DNA from: an uncultured Flavobacteriales bacterium
GTDB taxonomy: Bacteria; Bacteroidota; Bacteroidia; Flavobacteriales; BACL11
Length of the DNA stretch: 64,000 nt
Direction of reading: 5' to 3'
Assembly: GCA_905181635.1 (NCBI GenBank)
Contig: CAJIYM010000005.1
Span: forward strand, 113,529-177,528
Numbering within the stretch: the stretch's first letter is position 1; every line of letters begins with the position of its first letter. A program made the position numbers and the translations under genes. Positions 19,633 to 29,701 of the stretch are shown here, in pieces. The notes beneath the pieces were generated by a model. The model saw only the letters and a program-made list of their open reading frames with translations. It was not told the DNA's origin and did no database searches.

Positions 19633-22600
19633 ATGAATAAACTAATTTATACAGCCTTAATTATTTGTATCGCTTTATTTTCTGCAAATGGTCAAATTTT
19701 AATTAACGAATATTCTGCCGCTAATTATGATACTTACGCTGATAATTATGGAGAGTATGAAGATTGGGTAGAGTTATACAACCCTACATCTTCACCAATT
19801 GATATTAACGGATGGGCGCTTACTGACAAGCCTTCCAATCCTTCAAAATGGCTATTTCCATCTTCATTCATTATACCCGCAAATAGCTTAGCTATTATTT
19901 ATTGCTCAGGTAAAGATGAGTTGATTGGAACAAATGCGCACACTAACTTTAAAATTACCCAAACAAAAGGAAATGAAGTGTTTATGATTTCTGATGCTTC
20001 TGGAGTATTTCAGGATTCTATACAAGTACTCCCAAACCAAAAAACACACACTAGAGGCAGAGAAACAGACGGAGCCTCAAATTGGAGTGTTTTTACTTCA
20101 GGAACACCTAATGCAAGTAATTTTGGTGCAATGGAAGAATACGCAACAACTCCAGTTTTTTCGCAATCTGGGGGATACAATAGTACTGCTATCAACTTAA
20201 CGCTGAGCAGTCCAGACCCTGCCATTTCAATATACTACACTGACAATGGAGATGAGCCAAATAATGGATCCACACCATATACTATCCCAATTAATATTAC
20301 TTCAACCTCTGTCATAAAGGCAATTGCCTATAGCGACAATGGAAATATTCCATCAAGTTTTATTGATTATCATACATTTTTCATTAATGATACACATACC
20401 ATCCCGATTTTATCAATTGCAGGAGATCAAGTTGATAACTTATTAAATGGGAATCAAATAGAGCCTGAAGGCACTATGGAATGGTTTGGTTCAAACGGTA
20501 TCTTGCTTGACAAAGGTACTGGTGAGTATAATAAGCACGGAAATGATTCTTGGGCTTATAATCAAAGGGGGTTTGATTTTGTTATGAGAGATCAATTTGG
20601 GTATAACTACGCTTTGCAAGATAAATTGTTTGAAACAAAGAGTAGGGATAAATTTCAGAGGATAATTGTAAAAGCTGCTGCAAATGATAATTATCCATTT
20701 TCTTATGGTGGTTCAGGCGCGCACATTAGAGACGCCTATGTTCATCATTTATCCCAACTGGGCGAACTGAGAGTCGATGAACGCTCGACTAGTTCTTGTA
20801 TATTGTATCTCAACGGAGAATATTGGGGTGTATATGAAATTAGAGAAAAGGTAGATGACACAGATTTTCTAAGTTATTATTATGATCAAGATGAAGAATA
20901 TAGAGAAAGTGCTGATTATCTTCAATTTTTAAAAACTTGGGGAAACACATTGACTAAATATGGTGATGGAATGCCTGGCCCTGGCAGTATCGCTAAAAAC
21001 GATTGGGATGATTTTGTAGATTTTGTTGCTGCAAACCCAATGAGTAATCAAGTAAATTATGTTCAAGCTAAAAGCGAATACAACATGGGAAGCTTAATTG
21101 ATTATTTTCTTTTAAATTCATATGTAGTTTGCCAAGACTGGCTAAATTATAATACCGCTTGGTGGAGGGGAATGGATCCCAATGGAGATAAAAAGAAGTG
21201 GCGATATACGATTTGGGATATGGATAATACGTTTGATCATGGAACAAATTACACAGGAATCCCAAGCTCTTCTCCTACAGCAGAACCTTGTGATGCGAGT
21301 ACTTTAGGTAATTCTGGCGGACAAGGTCATGTTCCAATTTGGAATGAAATGCTTACCAATCAGGAATTTCATGATGAGTATATTAATCGCTGGCAGGATT
21401 TAGCAAATGGTCCATTATCTTGCACATTTATGATACATATTTTAGACAGTATGATAGCTGTAATTGAGCCTGAAATGCCAAGACAAATTACAACTTGGGG
21501 AGGCACTTATACAGGCTGGGAAAATAATGTAACTGATTTAAGAAATTGGATTTTAGCAAGATGCGATAGTATGAATTCTGGATTCGTTGATTGTGATACT
21601 GCTATTACAGGAATATACGATGTTACTGTTGAAATTATAGGTACCGGAGAAGTCGAGATGAGTAATAGTAATATCATTAATAATTTAAATTCCCCATGGA
21701 CAGATCAAAGATTTGGGGGTATTGATTTGCCTTTTGAAGTGGTAAGTGGTCCTTTTGATCGATGGGAAATCATCTCAAACAACACATATGTTTTTGACCC
21801 CAATGCAGATACCTTAGTTTTAGACCTGCAAGGTGATGTAACTGTGCAAGCTTATTTTGTTCCTCCAACTCCTACCAGAGATATTACTTACAATATAATA
21901 CCGTCAGGGACTGCAACAAATATATCAGCTAATGGATTATTAATCAACACCTTCCCAACAACAATAAACTATATAATTAATGAAAACATCAATATCTCGA
22001 CTAATCTAGATCCTTCATATGGATTTAGCACATGGGATTCTGATAGCGTTGTATTAACACCAACAGTCATAAGTCCTATAATCTCATTCTCTGCATCTAA
22101 TAATGACACGATAACTTTACATCTTTATAAAAAACCAACAATTATCTATGATATTTTCCCAACTGGAACGACAACAACTATTGATATTAATGGTGTAAAT
22201 ACGAGTATTTTCCCAACTAGTGCAATTTATTATAATAATGAGAACATTACATTAACACCTAATATCGATCCTTTGTATTCTTTTGTAAGTTGGGATTATG
22301 ATAGTATTACTATGCTAAATGGTAATACTGAGGTTAATTCCTTTCTTTCAGCATATAACGATACTGTTAAATTAGTAATTAGTTTAATTCCTCCACTAGC
22401 AGCATTTATTTCTGGAGATGAAGTAGTTTGTGATAATAGTTTAGCTCAGGCTGATGTTAAGGTTTCCTTTGCTGCTGGTTTTCCTCCATATACTTTTATT
22501 TATGCTATTAACGATATTACTCAGTCAACTATCACTACAAGTGATAATCCTTATTATATTAAACCCAAACAAGATGGAGTATATACATTGACATATTTTT

Positions 22601-23220
22601 CAGATGCTAATAACAGTGGTAGTATTAATGGTTCAGCTTTAGTTACAGTTTTAGAATCACCTACTGCACTTTTCGCTACAGCTAGTGATACTTTGTCAGT
22701 TTTATATCCTTCTATACAATTAAATGATATTTCGATAGGAAATATAGTAGCTTGGAATTGGGATTTTGGAGATAACACGCCTAATGATTATACTTCAAGC
22801 CCTTATCATGTTTTTAAAGATTCAATAGGAATTTATCAATTGAATTTAATTGTTACAGATGATGTCGGTTGTAGCGACACTACATTTAAACAACTGTGGG
22901 TTGCGGATGATTACTGGATGTATATTCCAAATTCATTCACACCTGATTATGATGGAATTAATGATTTATTTTGTTTAACACATCATGGGATTAGAGAAGC
23001 TACTTTTTATTTTAATGTTTATGATCGTTTTTCTAATTTAGTATATGCTACTGAAAATATTGCTGACTTAGAGTGTTTCTTAAATGAAAATGGTTGGGAT
23101 GGGAAACATTATAAAACAGGTAATGATTTACCTATGGGTACCTATATTTATGAAGTATATTTCCAAGATTTTGAAGGCTGGAAGCATCAAGATAAAGGCC
23201 CTATTTTTATTATACGTTAA
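19633..23220 (+). CDS. Secreted CotH-kinase-family protein: lamin-tail domain, FN3-associated/chitobiase-like domain, CotH, repeats, PKD, T9SS type-B C-terminal domain
   Basis: Signal peptide; INEY..DWVELYNP; YYTDNG.EP; YLNGEYWGVY..REK and WDMDNTF; WNWDFGD; YIPNSFTPD.DGINDLF..WDG..PMGTYIY. Confidence 0.85.
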   Translation: MNKLIYTALIICIALFSANGQILINEYSAANYDTYADNYGEYEDWVELYNPTSSPIDINGWALTDKPSNPSKWLFPSSFIIPANSLAIIYCSGKDELIGTNAHTNFKITQTKGNEVFMISDASGVFQDSIQVLPNQKTHTRGRETDGASNWSVFTSGTPNASNFGAMEEYATTPVFSQSGGYNSTAINLTLSSPDPAISIYYTDNGDEPNNGSTPYTIPINITSTSVIKAIAYSDNGNIPSSFIDYHTFFINDTHTIPILSIAGDQVDNLLNGNQIEPEGTMEWFGSNGILLDKGTGEYNKHGNDSWAYNQRGFDFVMRDQFGYNYALQDKLFETKSRDKFQRIIVKAAANDNYPFSYGGSGAHIRDAYVHHLSQLGELRVDERSTSSCILYLNGEYWGVYEIREKVDDTDFLSYYYDQDEEYRESADYLQFLKTWGNTLTKYGDGMPGPGSIAKNDWDDFVDFVAANPMSNQVNYVQAKSEYNMGSLIDYFLLNSYVVCQDWLNYNTAWWRGMDPNGDKKKWRYTIWDMDNTFDHGTNYTGIPSSSPTAEPCDASTLGNSGGQGHVPIWNEMLTNQEFHDEYINRWQDLANGPLSCTFMIHILDSMIAVIEPEMPRQITTWGGTYTGWENNVTDLRNWILARCDSMNSGFVDCDTAITGIYDVTVEIIGTGEVEMSNSNIINNLNSPWTDQRFGGIDLPFEVVSGPFDRWEIISNNTYVFDPNADTLVLDLQGDVTVQAYFVPPTPTRDITYNIIPSGTATNISANGLLINTFPTTINYIINENINISTNLDPSYGFSTWDSDSVVLTPTVISPIISFSASNNDTITLHLYKKPTIIYDIFPTGTTTTIDINGVNTSIFPTSAIYYNNENITLTPNIDPLYSFVSWDYDSITMLNGNTEVNSFLSAYNDTVKLVISLIPPLAAFISGDEVVCDNSLAQADVKVSFAAGFPPYTFIYAINDITQSTITTSDNPYYIKPKQDGVYTLTYFSDANNSGSINGSALVTVLESPTALFATASDTLSVLYPSIQLNDISIGNIVAWNWDFGDNTPNDYTSSPYHVFKDSIGIYQLNLIVTDDVGCSDTTFKQLWVADDYWMYIPNSFTPDYDGINDLFCLTHHGIREATFYFNVYDRFSNLVYATENIADLECFLNENGWDGKHYKTGNDLPMGTYIYEVYFQDFEGWKHQDKGPIFIIR
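21619..22380 (+). repeat. Two clear and one diverged ~86-aa beta-rich tandem protein repeats inside the CotH gene
   Basis: ITYNIIPSGT..FPT..NENI....NLDP.Y.F..WD.DS (21883) versus IIYDIFPTGT..FPT..NENI....NIDP.Y.F..WD.DS (22141), period 258 nt. Confidence 0.7.
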
Positions 23221-23278
23221 TTAAATTCAACGCATTTTTTTATGGTAAATTAGCATTGCTTATCTAAAATGCAAAAAC

Positions 23279-23286
23279 TATATTTG
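23279..23286 (+). promoter_or_regulatory. -7 promoter element (TATATTTG) for ileS
   Basis: TAnnTTTG match. Confidence 0.6.
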
Positions 23287-23310
23287 CAAGCATTATATTT
23301 AGCATAAAAA

Positions 23311-26300
23311 ATGAGCAAGTTCAAGCAATACAAACAATTAAGTTTATCTAAAACACATAAAGAGGTTTTAGAGAATTGGAGAAACAATGATGTTTTCAAT
23401 CAAAGTATTGGAAGTCGAAAAGGAAATCCAACTTTTACATTTTATGAAGGACCTCCTTCAGCAAACGGAATGCCTGGCATTCACCATGTAATAGCGAGAA
23501 CTATTAAAGACCTATTTTGTCGCTATAAAACCCTTAGAGGGTTTCAGGTAAACCGTAAAGCAGGTTGGGATACTCACGGGTTGCCTGTTGAACTTGCTGT
23601 TGAGAAAGAATTAGGAATTACTAAAGAAGATATTGGCAAAACAATATCTATTGAAGAGTACAATAAGGCTTGCCGTAAAAATGTAATGAAGTACAAGGGA
23701 AGTTGGGAAGATATCACTGAAGAAATGGGATATTGGGTAGACCTGAAAAATCCTTATGTTACTTATGATAACAAATATATTGAAAGTGTTTGGTGGCTAT
23801 TAGGTCAGATGCACAAAAAAGGATTACTTTATAAGGGGCATACCGTTCAGCCTTTTTCTCCTAAAGCAGGCACGGGATTAAGCACACATGAACTAAATCA
23901 ACCAGGTTGTTATCGGAATGTAAAAGATACTTCAGTAATCGCACAATTTAAAGTCATAAGAAATGAAAACTCTGATTTTATTTTTAGTAAAACTAAGAAT
24001 GATATATATTGTTTAGCATGGACAACAACACCCTGGACGTTACCTTCTAATACTGCACTAGCAGTTGGTAAAAAGATTAATTATTTATTAGTAGAAACAT
24101 TAAATCAATATACTGGAAAAGCAATTACAGTTATTTTAGCAAAGGATCTATCATCTAACTATTTTAAATCAGAAAATGCTAATTTGAAGTTTTCTGATTA
24201 TGTAGTTGGGAGTAAAAATTTACCTTTCAAAATTATAGATGAGTTAAAGGGAGATAAGTTAGCAGACTTGAGATACGAACAACTTTTGTCTTACGCGCAA
24301 CCAGAAGATGGTGATGCTTTTAAAATTATATTAGCAGATTTTGTTACTACTGAAGATGGCACGGGAATTGTGCACTTAGCGCCAAGTTTTGGAGCTGATG
24401 ATAACAGGGTTTGTAAACAAAATGGAATAGGAAGCTTAACCCTGGTTAATAAACAAGGTAAATTTATTGATACCGTAACTGATTTTGCAGGAGTATATGT
24501 GAAAGATGAATACTATACTAATAAAGATAAAAAACCAAAGCTATCTGCTGATGTGCAAATTGTTATAAAGCTAAAAGAAGAAAACCTTTGCTTCAAAGCT
24601 GAGAAATACGAACACTCTTACCCGCATTGTTGGCGTACCGACAAACCAATACTATATTATCCTATGGATAGTTGGTTTGTAAAAACGACTGACTACAAAA
24701 GCAGAATGTTAGAGCTTAACAAGACCATCAACTGGAAGCCAAAATCAACTGGTGAAGGTCGTTTTGGAAAGTGGCTAGAAAATTTGGTAGACTGGAATTT
24801 GTCTCGCTCGCGCTTTTGGGGAATACCAATTCCTATCTGGCGTACTGAAGATGGGGAAACAGAAATCTGTATTAGCTCGATAGAAGAATTAAAGATTGAA
24901 ATTGAAAAATCAATTACTGCTGGGCTTATGAATACAAATCCTTTAGCTGATTTTATTCCAGGAAATATGTCAACAGAAAACTATACAACTTTTGACTTAC
25001 ACAGACCTTATGTTGATAATATTATTCTTATTTCCAAAGATGGAAAGCCAATGAAAAGAGAATTAGATTTAATTGATGTTTGGTTTGATTCGGGCTCAAT
25101 GCCTTACGCTCAACTACACTACCCATTTGAAAATAAAGAAGTATTTGAACAAAACTATCCTGCTGATTTTATTGCAGAAGGAGTTGATCAAACAAGGGGA
25201 TGGTTCTTTACTTTGCACGCAATTTCGACTATGTTGTTCGATTCTGTAGCATATAAAAATGTTATATCTAATGGTTTGGTTTTAGATAAAAACGGAAATA
25301 AAATGTCCAAAAGATTAGGGAATGCTACTGATCCTTTTATGACTATAGATAAATACGGTGCTGATGCGACAAGATGGTATATGATATCCAATGCCCAACC
25401 ATGGGACAACTTAAAGTTTGACGAAATTGGAATACAGGAAGTACAAAGAAAATTCTTTGGAACACTTTTCAATACCTATTCTTTCTTTTCACTTTATGCC
25501 AACATTGACGGATTTAACTATTCAGAGAGTGAGGTTTCAATTGTAAATAGAAGTGAAATTGATAGATGGATTCTTTCAGAGCTAAATACTTTAATAAAGC
25601 AAGTTGAGTACAATTATGATGAATACGAGCCTACAAAAGTTGCGCGGTTAATTCAGGACTTTGTAATGGACAAACTAAGCAACTGGCACGTTCGTTTAAG
25701 CAGAAGACGATTCTGGAAAGGGGAATATAATACAGATAAAATTTCTGCTTACCAGACGCTATTCGAATGCTTAGAGAAGATTTCAGTGCTATCTGCTCCA
25801 ATTGCTCCATTCTTTATGGATCGTTTATTTCAAGATTTAAATACAATTAGTAAAAAACATTCTGCAACATCAGTGCACTTAGCTGATTTCCCAAAAGCAG
25901 ACAACAATAAGATAGATGCTGATTTAGAGAGAAAGATGCAGTTAGCTCAGAATATTACTTCACTTGCTTTGTCGCTAAGAAAAAAAGAAATGATTAGAGT
26001 AAGGCAACCTTTACAAAAGATAATGATTCCTGTTTTAAATTCAAAAATGCAACAAGATATTGAAGGTGTTTCAAGAATGGTATTACGTGAGATTAATGTT
26101 AAAGAAATTTCCTACCTAACAGAAAATTCTGAAGTGCTTACTAAGAAAATAAAACCAAATTTTAAAACTCTTGGGCCTAAGTTTGGTAAAGATATGAAGT
26201 TAATTTCTGGAGTTATTACACAGTTTACTGCAGATGATATTAAAAAAATAGAAAAGGAAGGTGCTTATAGAATTAATGAAAAAATATCGATTGACTTAAC

Positions 26301-26658
26301 AGATGTTGAAATATTTTCTGCAGATATTCCTGGTTGTATTGTTGCTAATAATGATGGAATAACTGTTGCATTAGATATTACGCTTTCAGCTGAGCTAAAG
26401 GAAGAGGGTTTGGCGAGGGAGTTTATAAATAGAATTCAAAACCTAAGGAAAGATAATGGCTTTAAGGTTACTGATAAGATAAATATCTTAGTTGAAAACA
26501 ATGAAGACCTAAAATCTTCTATTCAGAATAATTTCTCTTATATTTGTGATGAAACTTTAGCGGATAAATTAGAGTTTTCTAAGAATATTGAAAATGATAT
26601 TAACGAGATTGAATTAGTTGACGGAATTACTGCAAAAGTGAGTATTAAAAAACACTAA
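23311..26658 (+). CDS. ileS: Isoleucine--tRNA ligase, type 2
   Basis: YEGPPSANGMPGIHH, GWDTHGLP, WTTTPWTLP, EGVDQTRGWF, KMSKR; long IleRS2-type C-terminus. Confidence 0.97.
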   Translation: MSKFKQYKQLSLSKTHKEVLENWRNNDVFNQSIGSRKGNPTFTFYEGPPSANGMPGIHHVIARTIKDLFCRYKTLRGFQVNRKAGWDTHGLPVELAVEKELGITKEDIGKTISIEEYNKACRKNVMKYKGSWEDITEEMGYWVDLKNPYVTYDNKYIESVWWLLGQMHKKGLLYKGHTVQPFSPKAGTGLSTHELNQPGCYRNVKDTSVIAQFKVIRNENSDFIFSKTKNDIYCLAWTTTPWTLPSNTALAVGKKINYLLVETLNQYTGKAITVILAKDLSSNYFKSENANLKFSDYVVGSKNLPFKIIDELKGDKLADLRYEQLLSYAQPEDGDAFKIILADFVTTEDGTGIVHLAPSFGADDNRVCKQNGIGSLTLVNKQGKFIDTVTDFAGVYVKDEYYTNKDKKPKLSADVQIVIKLKEENLCFKAEKYEHSYPHCWRTDKPILYYPMDSWFVKTTDYKSRMLELNKTINWKPKSTGEGRFGKWLENLVDWNLSRSRFWGIPIPIWRTEDGETEICISSIEELKIEIEKSITAGLMNTNPLADFIPGNMSTENYTTFDLHRPYVDNIILISKDGKPMKRELDLIDVWFDSGSMPYAQLHYPFENKEVFEQNYPADFIAEGVDQTRGWFFTLHAISTMLFDSVAYKNVISNGLVLDKNGNKMSKRLGNATDPFMTIDKYGADATRWYMISNAQPWDNLKFDEIGIQEVQRKFFGTLFNTYSFFSLYANIDGFNYSESEVSIVNRSEIDRWILSELNTLIKQVEYNYDEYEPTKVARLIQDFVMDKLSNWHVRLSRRRFWKGEYNTDKISAYQTLFECLEKISVLSAPIAPFFMDRLFQDLNTISKKHSATSVHLADFPKADNNKIDADLERKMQLAQNITSLALSLRKKEMIRVRQPLQKIMIPVLNSKMQQDIEGVSRMVLREINVKEISYLTENSEVLTKKIKPNFKTLGPKFGKDMKLISGVITQFTADDIKKIEKEGAYRINEKISIDLTDVEIFSADIPGCIVANNDGITVALDITLSAELKEEGLAREFINRIQNLRKDNGFKVTDKINILVENNEDLKSSIQNNFSYICDETLADKLEFSKNIENDINEIELVDGITAKVSIKKH

Positions 26659-26662
26659 AAAT

Positions 26663-27037
26663 ATGGCTGAAAAGACTACATATACGAAAGATGAACTCGA
26701 AGAATTTAGAAAATTAATTCTAAATAAAATTGAACGTGCTCAAGACGACTTAGATGTGTTAAGAGCTGCTACTGCTAATGACTCTGACAATGGAACAGAA
26801 GATACCTCTCCTACTTTTAAGCAATTCGAAGAAGGGTCATCTACTCTTTCAAAAGAAGAAAACATTAAATTAGCTGAAAGACAGGCAAAATTTATTAGAA
26901 GCTTAAATAATGCGTTAATTCGTATTGAGAATAGGACTTACGGAATTTGCAGAATAACAGGAAAATTAATAGCGAAAGAAAGATTAAAACTTGTGCCACA
27001 TGCAACGCTAAGTATTGAGGCAAAAAAAGCACAATAA
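26663..27037 (+). CDS. TraR/DksA family transcription factor
   Basis: AL.RIEN.TYGICRITGKLI.KERL.LVPHA; conserved position between ileS and lspA. Confidence 0.88.
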   Translation: MAEKTTYTKDELEEFRKLILNKIERAQDDLDVLRAATANDSDNGTEDTSPTFKQFEEGSSTLSKEENIKLAERQAKFIRSLNNALIRIENRTYGICRITGKLIAKERLKLVPHATLSIEAKKAQ

Positions 27038-27043
27038 GTTACT

Positions 27044-27631
27044 TTGAAAAAAATATTTTTCACAGCTTTTATTCTTATTTTACTTGATCAAACTTTAAAA
27101 ATATGGATTAAAACCAATTTTATTTTAGGAGAAGAATCTAAAATTTTTGATTGGTTTATAATTCATTTTACCGAAAATAATGGTATGGCTTTTGGTATAG
27201 AGTTTGGCGGATATACAGGTAAAAAAATACTCACTCTATTCAGAATAATTGTTGTTGGAATAGGAATAAAATATATTTATGATTTAAAGAAAACAAGATT
27301 TTCACACGGCACTTTGATTGCGTTAGGCTTGATCATAGGAGGTGCTATAGGAAACATTATTGATAGCTCCTTTTATGGAATTATATTTAATGAAAGTTAC
27401 AATAATGTAGCAAGATTTATGCCTGAGTTAGGAGGGTATTCTTCTTTTCTTCACGGGAAAGTAGTGGATATGTTTTACTTTCCAATAATGAATGGTCATT
27501 TCCCTAATTGGCTACCAATTTGGGGAGGTGAACATTTCATCTTCTTTCGACCAGTATTTAACATAGCTGACGCAGGCATATTTTCGGGTATATTTATAAT
27601 CTTTCTTTTTTACAGAAAAGAGTTTAATTAA
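27044..27631 (+). CDS. lspA: Lipoprotein signal peptidase II
   Basis: DQ..K, ENNGMAFG, GAIGNIID, VVDM, FNIAD; TTG start. Confidence 0.93.
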   Translation: MKKIFFTAFILILLDQTLKIWIKTNFILGEESKIFDWFIIHFTENNGMAFGIEFGGYTGKKILTLFRIIVVGIGIKYIYDLKKTRFSHGTLIALGLIIGGAIGNIIDSSFYGIIFNESYNNVARFMPELGGYSSFLHGKVVDMFYFPIMNGHFPNWLPIWGGEHFIFFRPVFNIADAGIFSGIFIIFLFYRKEFN

Positions 27632-28407
27632 TATTTATCTCTTTGCATATCGCCATAAATAGTTCCTTTTGATCTTATTTTTTCTGAGTATTTTTTGAAA
27701 TATTTTTGATTTAATTGCCTTAAGGCACCCAATATTAAAAATTCTAATTTGCTTTTTAAAGGTATTTTAACTTCTCCCCATTCATTTGGAAATGAGTAAT
27801 TATATTTTTGCATAAATGGCCCAAAAACAGCAATTGAGGCTTCCATAATATCGTTAGTGTAATAAGCTAGCATATCATTATTTTTACCTAATGTTTTGTT
27901 AGCAACTGGCAGTAATTTTGGATTATTAACTCCGGCTTTTTTAAGGGCTAATAAATAATCCTTAGCAATGTTTTCGTGCTTAATTACAAAATCACAATTA
28001 TCAATAGTTAAACTAGACAGGTTATCATAAGGACTTTGATGAAATTTAATGAAATATTGTTGAAAAGATGAATTGTTGTCCTTTATGAAATTAAATTTCT
28101 TTCTTTGTTTTTTAGTTATATAGCCCCCGTTTTCTGAAAATAAATCAGGGTTAGTAAAATTTCCTTTTGCATTTGCCTTCATTTTTTCATATACTGTAAC
28201 GGCAATTTCCATAGGATTTCTGAGTACTGCAAATACAAAATAATTTAACTCAGATTTAGTTGCTAATTTCTTAAATTCATAATACATGGAGTGCTTTCTT
28301 AAGTAGGGCTCTCCATCATACTCTAAATATAATTCTTTTGAAATTGCAGAAGATGCTGAAAAAGGCAGGCCAATAAAGAGGAGTTTATATTTATGACTAA
28401 TGATCAT
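27628..28407 (-). CDS. Sulfotransferase family 2-like protein (degenerate 5'-PSB loop)
   Basis: MIISHKYKLLFI.., YFVFAVLRNP, DFVIKHENIAKD; architecture of Sulfotransfer_2 proteins. Confidence 0.6.
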   Translation of the reverse strand: MIISHKYKLLFIGLPFSASSAISKELYLEYDGEPYLRKHSMYYEFKKLATKSELNYFVFAVLRNPMEIAVTVYEKMKANAKGNFTNPDLFSENGGYITKKQRKKFNFIKDNNSSFQQYFIKFHQSPYDNLSSLTIDNCDFVIKHENIAKDYLLALKKAGVNNPKLLPVANKTLGKNNDMLAYYTNDIMEASIAVFGPFMQKYNYSFPNEWGEVKIPLKSKLEFLILGALRQLNQKYFKKYSEKIRSKGTIYGDMQRDKY

Positions 28408-29394
28408 TTATATGTAGTTTTTCATTAATAAATATTCTGCAATTTGTACAGTATTAAGTGCTGCTCCTTTTCTTAAATTATCAGATACCACCCACATATT
28501 TAACGTGTTTTTTTGTGTGAAGTCTCTTCGGATTCTTCCAACAAAAACTGCATCTTTTTTGCAGGCTGTTATAGGCATTGGATACTTATTTTCTAAAGGA
28601 TTATCAACCACCTCAACACCAATCATATTTCTCAATGCTCCGCTAACATCATCTAAGTTAAAATCATTTTCAAACATTACATTTACACTCTCAGAATGAC
28701 CTCCGACAACAGGAACTCTAACCGCAGTAGCTGTAACATCAATATCTTTATCTAATATCTTCTTGGTTTCGTTGATCAATTTCATTTCCTCCTTGGTATA
28801 CCCATTTTCTTCAAAGATATCGCAATGGGGTATTACGTTCTGATATATAGGGTGTGGATAAGCCATATCTCCTAAAATGCCTCTTTCTTCATTTTCTAAT
28901 TGAGTAACTGCTTTTACACCTGAACCTGTTATGGATTGATAAGTTGATACTACTACTCTCTTTACTATAAATCTTTGGTGTAATGGGGCTAGCGCCATCA
29001 CTAATTGTATGGTGGAACAGTTAGGATTTGAAATAATCATATCTTTTTCAGTAAGTTCAATACCATTTACTTCAGGAACAATTAACTTATGATTTTCATT
29101 CATCCGCCAAAAAGAAGAATTATCAATTACCTTACAGCCTTTTGCGATTAATTGAGGTATCCATATCTCAGAAACCTTAGCTCCAGCTGAAAACAAAGCT
29201 AAATCAACCTCTTTATCTAGCAAATCTTCAAGTGAAATAACTGTGTGCGCTTTACCTAAGTAAGGGATAGTATGTCCACAAGACTTCTTGGATGCGACAA
29301 GAAACAGATCACTTATTGGAAAGCTTCTTTCTTCAAGAACAACCAATATTTCTCTACCTACCAAACCTGTTGCCCCTACTAATGCTAATTTCAT
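28408..29394 (-). CDS. asd: Aspartate-semialdehyde dehydrogenase
   Basis: VGATGLVG, IDNSS.WRM, NPNCST, STYQS, RVPV..GHSE, DNLRKGAA. Confidence 0.96.
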   Translation of the reverse strand: MKLALVGATGLVGREILVVLEERSFPISDLFLVASKKSCGHTIPYLGKAHTVISLEDLLDKEVDLALFSAGAKVSEIWIPQLIAKGCKVIDNSSFWRMNENHKLIVPEVNGIELTEKDMIISNPNCSTIQLVMALAPLHQRFIVKRVVVSTYQSITGSGVKAVTQLENEERGILGDMAYPHPIYQNVIPHCDIFEENGYTKEEMKLINETKKILDKDIDVTATAVRVPVVGGHSESVNVMFENDFNLDDVSGALRNMIGVEVVDNPLENKYPMPITACKKDAVFVGRIRRDFTQKNTLNMWVVSDNLRKGAALNTVQIAEYLLMKNYI

Positions 29395-29467
29395 TTGTTA
29401 ATCCTATTTTTTAAGCCTCATATGTAAATTGTAATAATCAGAACTTTACATATATTTTTCTGACCCT

Positions 29468-29475
29468 CAAAAATA
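29468..29475 (-). promoter_or_regulatory. -7 promoter element (TATTTTTG) for asd
   Basis: TAnnTTTG match about 70 nt upstream of asd. Confidence 0.5.
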
Positions 29476-29701
29476 CTATATTTACAGACTATGTGAAAAT
29501 GCTTAACGCTTTTTATATTTAGTATTTTTTTTTCAATTAGGTTTAGTGCAATTTACGGTTGGATATTTTTTAAAAAATCTTGTTTGGGGATAAATATCAG
29601 AAAATGATACGCATATACAAACTGCCGCGTATATTAATTAAATTATTTTTAGAGGATAAGAATGGAGAGTCTTGTAAAAAAGTTGTTGCTTTGTCATAAT
29701 A

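Noticed and set aside
29480-29701. SOS box upstream of uvrC
   Set aside because: I found no convincing match to the GGA-N5-TCC Bacteroidota-type or CTGT-N8-ACAG boxes
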